Positions 26,556 through 36,609 of a DNA stretch of 64,000 nucleotides are shown here, piece after piece (position 1 is the stretch's first letter; each line of letters begins with the position of its first letter). Source of the DNA: Mobula hypostoma (Eukaryota); contig NC_086119.1 of NCBI RefSeq assembly GCF_963921235.1, forward strand, positions 45,756,001-45,820,000, given 5' to 3'. The notes under the pieces were generated by a model that worked only from the letters and a program-made list of their open reading frames with translations, was not told the origin of the DNA and did no database searches. A program made the translations under genes and the position numbers.

Positions 26556-28560
26556 AACAATACACACAAAATGTTGGAGCAACTCAACAGGCCAGGCAGC
26601 ATCTATGGAAAAAAGCACAGTCAATGTTTCAGGCCATAACCCTTCAACAGGACTGGAGAAAAAACACTGAGAAATAGATTTGAAAGAGAAAAACACCATG
26701 CGATAGGTGAAACTTGCAGGTGGAGAGATGAAACAGAGTTAGGAAGTTGATTGGTGAAAGAGACAGAAGGCCATGGAAGAAAGAAGAAAGACGGGAGAAG
26801 AGCACCAGAGGGAGCCCATGGGCTGGCAAGGAGATAACATGAGAAAGGGACCAAGGGATGGGAAATGGTGAAGGGGGCAGTGGAGGCATTACTGGAATCA
26901 ATGTTCATGCCATCTGGTTGGAGGCTACCCAAACAGAATACAAGGTGTTCCTCCAGCCTAAGCGTGGCCTTATCCCGACAGTAGAGGAGGACGTGGATGA
27001 ACATATCAGAATGGGAAGTGGAATTAAGATGGGTGCCCACTGGGGAATCCTGTTTGTTCTGGCAGATGGAGCATAGCTGCTCGGTGAAGCAGTCTCCCAA
27101 TCTACGTCGGGTCTCACTTCCTTCAAACAAAAGTGGTAACCATGGGCACTCGCATGGGTCCCAGCTATGCCTGCCTGTTTTTTGGCTACGTGGAACAGCA
27201 AGCCTTCACTGGTGACCGTCCCGCACTTTTCCTATGCTACATCGACAACTGCATTGGTGCTGCTTCCATGCTGAACTCCTCAATTTCATCCACTCTGCCT
27301 GCAACTTCCACCCAGTCCTCAAATTTGCCCGGTCCATTTCCAACACTTCCCTTCCCTTTCTCACTCTCACTGTCTCTATCTCCAGAGACAGCTTATCCAT
27401 TGATGTCTATTATAAACCAACGGACTCTCACAGCTACCTGGACTATACCTTGTTCCACACTGCTACTTGTAAAAGTGCCATCCCCTTCTCTCAATTCTTC
27501 CACCTCTGCTCTCAGGATGAGGCTTTTCATTCTAGAACAAAGGGGGCGTCCTCCTTTTTCAAAGAAAGGGGCTTCCCTTCCTCCACCATCAACACTGCCC
27601 TCACCCGCATCTCTTCCATTTCACACAAATCTGCTCTTACCCAATCTTCTGCAACGCTACCAGGGATAGGGTTCCTCTTGTTCTCACCTACCACCCCACC
27701 AGCCTCCCACCAAACACATCTTTCCCTCCCCCAACTTTCTGCAGGGATCGCTCCCTACACAACTCCCTCATTCATTCATCCCTCCCCACTGATCTCCCTC
27801 CTGGCACTTATCCTTGCAAGCAGAACAAGTGCTACACCTACCCCTACACTTCCTCTCTCACTACCATCCAGGGCCCTACCCAGTCCTTCCAGGTGAGGCA
27901 ACACTTTACCTGTGGGTCTTTTGGAGTCATTTACTGCGGTCCGTGCTCCTGGTGTGACCTCCTGTATATCAGTGAGACCCGACGTTGACTGGGAGACCGC
28001 TTCGCTGAGTATGTATACTCCTTCCACCAGAACGAGTGGGATCTCCCTGTGGCCACCCATTTTAATTCCATTTCCCATTCTGATATGTCCATCCATGGAG
28101 TCCTCCACTGTTGTGATGAGACCACACTTAGGACGGAGGAACAACACCTTATATTCCATTTGGGTACCCACCAACCTGATAGCATGAATATCGATTTCTC
28201 AAACTTCTAGTAATGCCCCCCCTTTTCCCTTTCACCTCATCACCTTGCCTGCCCATCGCCTCCCTCTGGTGCTCCTTCCCCCCTTTTTCTTTCTTCCACA
28301 GCCTTCTGTCTCTTTCACCAATCAATCCCAGCTCTTTACTTCATCCCTCCCCTCCAAGTTTCACCCATCACCAGCTGGTTCTCTCTCCCCTCCATAAATC
28401 TGCTCCGCAGCTTTGTTTGTTCAGTCCTGCCCAAGGGTTTCAGCCCAAAACGTCAACTGTCCTTTTTTCTAAACTCCATAGATGTGCCTGGCCTGCTGAG
28501 TTCCTCCAGCATCTTGTGCATGTTGCTCAGATTTCCAACATCTGCAGATTTTCTTGTTTC
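26556..28560. mobile_element. Inverted Penelope-like structure: minus arm 26556-27118 and plus arm 27113-28560
   Basis: Both arms end in GIY-YIG C-terminal sequence plus terminal repeat. The plus arm has MGTRMGPSYACLF and YIDNC (RT) and YYKPTDSHSYLDY. Confidence 0.88.
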
Positions 28561-28919
28561 TATATTCTGCCATAATAGGAAACTTCCTTTCTCTTCACGT
28601 GCCCTCTCTCAAGCCTCTCATCTGTTTCAGTCACATCCTCACTGACTCTTCCAATTTCCAGTGGATACAAGCCCAGTCTGTCCAAATGTTCCTCATAGCC
28701 AGCTATGCCAGAATGATATATTGGGCTATATATTCCACAGGAGTGAAAATGAAGAATCACACTTCCATTATTGACTAGCCTGCCTGGTGTTAACTTCATC
28801 TCAGGTTTCCAACAGTACAGGGTTTGAACATGAAACACAGGATGGTACAGCACTGGTAGAGGCCCTTCAGCCCATAATGTCTATGTTCAGCACAAAACCA
28901 AATTACACCAAATCTCAAA

Positions 28920-29058
28920 CACCAGGAAATCTGCAAACACTGGAATTTCAAGCAACACACATAAAAGTTGCTGGTGAACGCAGCAGGCCAGGCAGCATCT
29001 ATAGGAAGAGGTACAGTCGACGTTTCAGACCAAGACCCTTCGTCAGACCTAACTGAAA
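28920..29058 (-). mobile_element. Solo Penelope terminal-repeat unit with an intact hammerhead core
   Basis: Minus strand 29050-29014: AGGT CTGACGA AGGGTCTTGGTCT GAAACGTC GACTG. Confidence 0.8.
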
Positions 29059-29485
29059 GCGATAGTACTAAATCTCTTCTGCCTATACATGAACCATTTA
29101 TCTACACTTCCCGACTAGATTTTTCACTGCACCCTGGTACATGTGACAACAGACTAATACCAATATTCAAATACTCTTGAACACCACTGTAACATCGGTG
29201 TCCATCACAACCTCTTGCAGCCCTAGTCTTGGTGATCAGTGAGGCTTCTTTAAGAAGGGCCCCATTCATTCACGTGCAATCACCATTCTGGTAGAGGCAA
29301 TTACACTAATTAGCTGGTCGAGCAGCATTTCTGGGGGCAAAGTAATTCCTCCTCTCACAGATGCTACTCGACCCTTGAGCTCACTCAGCAGATTGCTTGT
29401 TGCTCCAGACTGAAGTACTGCAATCCCCCGTGCCTCCATAAATTATTTCCAATAGAGAAGCCACATCTAACGGAGAGACACTAAC

Positions 29486-29596
29486 CCGCTGACACTTGGG
29501 CACCACAGCAACCGGGCCCTTGGCCTGCTCACAACTCAGACACGAACGGATCCCTCGGCAGCCGCAGCTTGTCTGCGCGGCGGCCTTGGTAGCCAT
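29486..29596 (-). CDS. ALKBH4: ALKBH4 exon 1 (coding part)
   Basis: MATKAAAQTSCGCRGIRSCLSCE contains the ALKBH4 N-terminal CGCxGIRxCLxCE cysteine cluster. Donor CGG|GTTAGT. 111 nt. The spliced CDS is 315 aa with a continuous frame. Confidence 0.95.
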
Positions 29597-30000
29597 TGTC
29601 AGGCCGTCCCCCTACTTGGGGGCCTCCGAGTGTCCGTCTCCAGCCGCCGCCAACACCGGCCAACCGCACAACTCCAGCCCGGCGCGGCCACCGCGGCGCG
29701 CGTGCGCACTGAAGGACTCGCGCGCGCCGGGTATGAACACCGCCAAGCGCGGCGCGCATGCGCACCAAAAGCTGCCGGCCGACCACTCGCGTCGCGCGCG
29801 CGCCGGGTGTGAACGTTGCCGAGCGCGGCGGCGGCGGCAGCGCGTGGACCCGCTGAAATTTGACGAGCTTCCGGGAACGAACCGGCGCAACGGGGGTGCA
29901 GAAGGTGAGCGGTGTCGGTGCTGGGAAAGTTAATGCAAATGTTTCCTGGTTTATTCGGTGTCATGGCAGCCCCCGCGGCGGTGTCCACGTGTGGCTCCTT
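29500..30000. promoter_or_regulatory. Bidirectional CpG-island promoter shared by ALKBH4 (-) and LRWD1 (+)
   Basis: Very high CpG density. NRF1 consensus GCGCATGCGC at 29754-29763 and a variant GCGCGTGCGCA near 29698. ETS/GABP-like CTTCCGG near 29868. Divergent genes on either side. Confidence 0.85.
29800..29904 (+). other. LRWD1: Putative non-coding first exon of LRWD1 (start approximate)
   Basis: Consensus donor AAG|GTGAGC at 29904/29905 at the CpG-island edge. The ATG-bearing exon has its own acceptor at 41625, so an upstream exon is expected. Confidence 0.6.
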
Positions 30001-30394
30001 GCACCCAGTGCTGAGGGTGATTACAGAGGGACAGTGGCAAGTTACTACTGTTTCCAGGCTTTTCCCGTTAATAGACGGTAAAAGCAAACCGTTCACTTTT
30101 CATAGACGCTACAGGACCTGCAGAATGTGTGCAGCTTTCTTCCTTTTAATTTAGATTTCGAGCTTAATATCTACGCGGGTTTTGCGCATACACTTCTTAT
30201 CCTATTAATTTGTTCTGGATAAATAATTTGTTCTTTGAGTTCACAACTGTTTCAAAAACTGGATATTTTTAAAAGCTGCATATATGGCAAATAAAGCGAG
30301 GAAAAATTGCTTCATTTGGCAGGTCAAGCAGCGTCTGCGGAAAGGGATCAGACACTTACCTGAAATTGGGTAAGGAGAAAAAGATGATTTGGCT

Positions 30395-30625
30395 AGTCTG
30401 GTCCTGGACTTATTTCATAATTTACTGGCATAATTTACATATTACTATTTAAATATTTATTGCTATTTTCTACTGCTATTCTATTACTATGTATTATTTC
30501 TATGACTATTACTATTTACTGATAGTAATATTACTATTACTATTTCTATTACTACTTATTATTTATGGTGCAACTGTAACGAAAACCAATTTCCCCCGGG
30601 ATCAATAAAGTATGACTATGACTAA
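30395..30625 (+). mobile_element. Rex1/Babar 3' UTR fragment with AT-rich low-complexity repeat
   Basis: Same 3' end (gatcaataaagtatgactatgac) as the copy at 37905-38045. Confidence 0.8.
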
Positions 30626-30815
30626 ATGTAGAGCTAGCTGTAATGGCATGCTTAGTAGATCAGGCCATGCTAGGTAAGAATGAAAATCTAAACTAATATT
30701 CCGAATGGATGGATGTAAATGAGGGTGTACCACTAAAAAATACCTTTCTCTCCACTTTCAGCGGTTCCAAAGAGTCTATTCCAATTGTGATTTCTGGTCC
30801 ACTCTTCTGATTAAG

Positions 30816-33800
30816 AAACCATAGAAACTACAGCACAGAAACAGGCCTTTTGGCCCTTCTTGGCTGTGCTGAACCATTTTCTGCCTAGTCCCACTGACCT
30901 GCACACAGACCATATCCCTCCATACACCTCCCATCCATGTAACTGTCCAATTTATTCTTAAATGTTAAAAAAGAACCCGCATTTACCACCTCGTCTGGCA
31001 GCTCATTCCATACTCCCACCACTCTCTGTGTGAAGAAGCCCCCCCCTAATGTTCCCTTTAAACTTTTCCCCCCTCACCCTAAACCCATGACCTCTGGTTT
31101 TTTTCTTCCCTTGCCTCAGTGGAAAAAGCCTGCTTGCATTCACTCTATCTATACCCATCATAATTTTATATACCTCTATCAAATCTCCCCTCATTCTTCT
31201 ACGCTCCAGGGAATAAAGTCCCAACCTATTCAACCTTTCTCTGTAACTGAGTTTCTCAAGTCCCTGCAACATCCTTGTAAACCTTCTCTGCACTCTTTCA
31301 ACCTTATTTATATCCTTCCTGTAATTTGGTGACCAAAACTGAACACAATACTCCAGATTTGGCCTCACCAATGCCTTATACAACCTCATCATAACATTCC
31401 AGCTCTTATACTCAATACTTTGATTAATAAAGGCCAATGTACCAAGAGCTCTCTTTACGACCCTATCTACCTGTGACGCCACTCTTAGGGAATTTTGTAT
31501 CTGTATTCCCAGATCCCTCTGTTCCACTGCACTCCTCAGTGCCTTACCATTAACCCTGTATGTTCTACATTGGTTTGTCCTTCCAACGTGCAATACCTCA
31601 CACTTGTCAGTATTAAGCTCGATCTGCCATTTTTTAGCCCATTTTTCCAGCTGGTCCAAGTCCCTCTACAGGCTCTGAAAACCTTCCTCACTGTCTACTA
31701 CACCTCCAATCTTTGTATCATCAGCAAACTTGCTGATCCAATTTACCACATTATCATCCAGATCATTGATATAGATGACAAATAACAATGGACCCAGCAC
31801 TGATCCTTGTGGCATACCACTAGTCACAGGCCTCCATTCAGAGAAGCAATTCTCTACCACCACTCTCTGGCTTCTTCCATTGAATGTCTAATCCAATTTA
31901 CCACCTCTCCATGTATACCTAGCGACTGAATTTTCCTCACTAACCTCCCATGTGGGACCTTGTCAAAGGCCTTACTGAAGTCCATGTAGACAATATCCAC
32001 TGCCTTCCCTTCATCCACTTTCCTGGTAACCTCCTCGAAAAACTCCAATAGATTGGTCAAACATGACCTACCACGCACAAAGCCATGTTGACTCTCCCTA
32101 ATAAGTCCCAGTCTATCCAAATGCTTGTAGATTCTGTCTCTTAGTACTCCCTCCAATAATTTACCTACTACCGACGTTAAACTTACTGGCCTATAATTTC
32201 CTGGATTACTTTTCGATCCTTTTTTAAACAACGGAACAACATGAGCCACTCTCCAATCCTCTGGCACCTCACCTGGAGACAGCGACATTTTAAATATTTT
32301 AGCCAGGGCCCCTGCAATTTCAACACTAGTCTCCTTCAAGGTCCGAGGGAACACCCTGTCAGGTCCCGGGGATTTATCCACTTTAATTTTCCTCAAGACA
32401 GCAAGGACCTCCTCCTTTTCAATCTGTACAGTTTCCATGATCTCACTACTTGTTTCCCTTAATTCCATAGACTTCATGCCAGTTTCCTTGGTAAACACAG
32501 ACGCAAAAAACCTATTTAAGATCTCCCCTATTTCCTTTGGTTCCGCACATAGCCGACCACTCTGATCTTCAAGAGGACCAATTTTATCCCTTACAATCCT
32601 TTTGCTCTTAATATACCTGTAAAAGCTCTTTGGATTATCCTTCACTTTGACTGCCAAGGCAACCTCATGTCTTCTTTTAGCCCTCCTGATTACTTTCTTA
32701 AGTATTTTCTTGCACTTCTTATACTCCTCAAGCACCTTATTTACTCCCTGCTTCCTATACACGTCATACAACTCCCTCTTCTTCTTTATCAGAGTTGCAA
32801 TAGCCCTTGAGAACCAAGGTTCCTTATTCCTATTCACCTTGCCTTTAATCCTGACAGGAACATACAAATTCTGCACTCTCAGAATTTCTGCTTTGAAGGC
32901 TTCCCACCTACCGATCACATCCATGCCAGAGAACAACCTGTCCCAATCCACGCTTTTTAGATCCTTTCTCATTTCTTCAAATTTGGCCGCCTTCCAGTTA
33001 AGAACCTCAACCCTAGGACCAGATCTATCCTTGTCCATGATCAAGTTGAAACTAATGGTGTTATGACCACTGGAACCAAAGTGCTCCCCTACACAGACTT
33101 CTGTCACTTGTCCTAACTCATTTCCTAACAGGAGATCCAATATTGCATCCCCTCTAGTTGGTCCCTCTATATATTGATTTAGAAAACTTTCCTGAATGCA
33201 TTTTACAAACTCTAAACTATCTAGACCCCTAACAGTATGGGAGACCCAATCAATATATGGAAAATTAAAATCCCCTACCACCACAACTTTATGTTTCCTG
33301 CAGTTGCCTGCTATCTCTCTGCAGATTTGCACTTCCAATCCTCTTTGACTATTGGGTGGTCTGTAATACAATCCCACTAATGTGGCCATACCTTTCCTGT
33401 TTCTCAGCTCCACCCACAAGGACTCAGTAGACAAGCCCTCTAATCTGTCCGGCCTGAGCACTGCTGTAATATTTTCCCTAACAAGCAATGCCACTCCCCT
33501 ACCTTTCATTCCTCTGCCTCGATCACATCTGAAACATCGGAACCCTGGAATATTAAGCTGCCAGTCCTGCCCCTCCTGTAGCCAAGTTTCACTAATTGCT
33601 GGAACGTCATAATTCCACGTGTCAATCCACGCCCTCAACTCATCCGCCTTCCCCGCAATACTCCTAGCATTGAAATATATACACCTCAGAAGATTTTTAC
33701 CACCACTCACAACCTTTCTATTAGTGGATTTGCTTGAACTTTTAACATAACTTATTTTCACCCCAGTCACACTGTCAGCTCTGGTACTGTGGTTCCCATC

Positions 33801-34160
33801 CCCCTGCAAATCTAGTTTAAAGCCCCCCCAATAGCATTAACAAACCTCCCTGAAAGGATATTGGTCCCCCTGTAGTTCAAGTGTAACCCGTCTCTCTTTT
33901 ACAGGTCCCACCTGCCCCAGAAGAGGTCCCAATTATCCTGAAATCTGAAACCCTGCTCCCTACACCAATTCCTCAGCCACTTGTTCATCCTCCAGAGCAT
34001 CCTATTCCTACCCTCACTGGCACATAGCACAGGTAGCAATCCTGAGATTACTACCCTCGAGGTCCTGCTTTTCAACTTCCTACCACGCTCTCTATACTCA
34101 CTCTCCAGGACCTCCTCACTCTTCCTTGCTATGTCATTGGTACCGATGTGCACCACGACT
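30816..34160 (-). mobile_element. Large CR1 LINE: ORF1 esterase C-terminus plus near-complete ORF2 (APE and RT) and 3' tail
   Basis: ORF1 VHIGTNDI...VVISGLLPV (SGNH-like). ORF2 CIYFNARSI, ISETWL, YYRPPN, VVGDFN, FADD. Frameshift near 31880 and in-frame TAG at 31666-31668. Confidence 0.95.
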
Positions 34161-35169
34161 ATTCCCCTTGGGTCATCTCTTTAAAACCACAAGAGATGCA
34201 ACACCTGTCTTTACTTCATTTGCGTGTTTTCCCCCATTTTGGCATACTGCATTTGGTGTTTACAACATAGTCTCCCGCACACTGGAGAAACCAAGTGCAG
34301 ACTGTGTGACTGCTTTACAAGAATATTCAGTCTGGAAGGCCAACCCTGACTTCCCAGTTAAGTCTCCATCCCATTCACACTGACCTGTGTGATTGTGGTT
34401 TCCTGCACTGTTATAATGAGGCCCAAAGCAAACTTCAGGAACTACACTTTGTCTTTTGTCAGGGTACATTGCAGCCTTACACAATCAATAACTTTCTTCA
34501 TGCTATAACTGACCAGTTGTGCTGTTGTCATTCATTTATATTATTTGCTCTTTTTCTTTGTTCCTCACAAATACGGCCTGACCTGTTAGGTATTCCCTAC
34601 AACTGTGCACTTTGCACCTTTCACATCCTTTATTCATGCTCTCTTTTTAACTGTCCTATTAAAATACTAACCAGATTACATCATCTACAGTCTATCCCCC
34701 ATGGTAATTGGCCCCACCATATCATAAAAATACCCTTTATCCCATCCATTCAATCTGCCCTCCCATATTCTGTCTGCTGCAACTTAAAACCAACTTGATC
34801 ACTCTCTTTCCTAGTTTTGATGAAGGAGCTTTGACCTGGAATATTAACTGTTCCTCTTTCCACAGATTCTGTTTGACATGCTGAGTTTTCCAGCAATTGT
34901 TTCAGACTTCAAATGACTGGAGATCTTTGTTTTTATTTCCTTTTAACATGGAATTCTCAATTATGGAGTGCTGCGGAGATTCCATCATTGACTTTGCTCA
35001 AAGAAGTAATCAGTGGATTTCTGGACAGTAGGGGAATTGAGATATAGGGATAATGCAGGAAAGTGGCACTGAGGCGAAAGACCAGCCATGAAGTTGACGA
35101 TTGGCAGAGAAGAATCAAGAGGACTAAAGTAGCCTTTATCCACGTAAGAGATTCTGCCAAGTCTGGAAA

Positions 35170-36530
35170 TAGTGAGCAATACGCATAAAATGCTGGAGGA
35201 ACTCAACAAATCTGACAGCAGCCATGGAGGGGAATAAAATGTTGACATTTTGGGCCAAGACTTTTCATCGGAACTGGAAAAGAAGAGGCTGAAATCAGAA
35301 TAAGGAGGTGGAAGGAGAGGAAGGAGTACGTGCTGGCAGGTTTTAGGTGAGACCAGTTTAAGGGGAGGGTGGATGAGGAGTGGGATGAAAGGGGCTGGAA
35401 GGGGATAGGTGAAAAAGATAAAGGTCTGAAGAAGAAGGAATCCGATGGGAGAGGAGAGTGGATCATGGAAGAAAGGGAAGAAGGAGGGGAACCAGAGGGA
35501 GGTGATAGGCAGGTGTGGAAAGTAAAGGAGTGAGAGGGTAATCAGAATGAGGAATGGAGAGGGGGCGAGGGGTGAGAAATTACCATAAATTGGAGAAATC
35601 GATGTTCATGCCATCAGGTTGAAGACTGCTGAGACAGAATATGAAGTGGTGCTCCTCCAACCTGAGTTTAGCTTCATTGTGGCAGCAGAGGAGGCCACAG
35701 ACATGTCAGAATAAGGATGCAATGTTGAATTAAAATGGGTAGCCGCTGTCAAGTCTTGCCTCTTGCAGCTGAGGCGGTGAAGTTGTGCAACAGAGTTAGT
35801 GACAACTGTGGCATATTCATTCAGACTCAAAGATGAACCCCTGAAAGTTGTGCAGTCCACAACCTCAAAGTAGTCCTGTAAGTGCTCCTTTGCTTCGCTT
35901 GACCATACCTTGGTCCTCACCACTGGTGCTGCTGTCTTTAGTCTCGGCCTACATGCTGGGAGTGGTAGTACAACTCGATGATGGAACTTTCCAAAGTGTG
36001 GGTGTGGGATGGGCTGATGAGAGTTTTTGATGGTGGTATGACAGTGCTGAAATGTGTTGGCTCCTCTGGTGATATGTTGGTGGTAGTTGTTCAGGGACTT
36101 TTTCAAGCTGGCTTGGTTGAAACCTCCCACAATGATAAGGAAACTTCAGGGTGCACAGTTTCATGCCTGCTGGTTATGCTGCTCAGTTCCTCCAGAACCT
36201 GCCTGACATTGGCCTGATGTGGAATGTGAACCGCTACCAGCATGATGGAGGAAAGCTCCTTTGCCAGACTGCATCTGAGCATGTTTGGGTGACTTGGACT
36301 GAAACAGGACCACACAGGCATAGCTAGGGCCTACACCAGTGTCCATGGCTTCCCCTTTAGTTCAGAAAAAGTTGGAGGAGCCAAAAGAGAAGTTGTTGAG
36401 GGTGAGGCTCAGATCTGTCAGCCTTTGGAAGATGGTGGTAGAGGGAAAGTGGTCAGATCTGTTAACAAGAAAGAAGCAGAGATCTTTAAAGCCTTCCTGA
36501 TGGGGGATGCAAGTGTCTAGGGACTGGTCC
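35170..36530 (-). mobile_element. Penelope-like fragment interrupted by a Rex1/Babar fragment (about 35780-36300)
   Basis: PLE terminal repeat and GIY-YIG tail at 35170-35770, and PLE RT GVGPSYAC near 36330. Between them is Rex-type AVHIPHQANV...GGFNQASLK...NYHQHI. Confidence 0.75.
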
Positions 36531-36609
36531 TGATACTAAACACTGTTTTCCTACTCTTGTGCTTTTAACTTACAATGCTTGGTTTGTGCCAGGATTGGGG
36601 TGGTTGGAT

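Noticed and set aside
25298-26602. 434-aa ORF as a domesticated or active reverse transcriptase
   Set aside because: The start codon is borrowed from the adjacent Penelope repeat, the element is 5'-truncated, and the catalytic YADD reads YADH.
29496-30154. Several overlapping Arg/Ala-rich ORFs at the promoter
   Set aside because: Stop-poor GC-rich CpG island; only ALKBH4 exon 1 has recognisable homology.
30440-30570. CRISPR-like or structured tandem array
   Set aside because: AT-rich slippage repeat in a Rex1 3' UTR, with no repeat-spacer periodicity, in a eukaryotic context.
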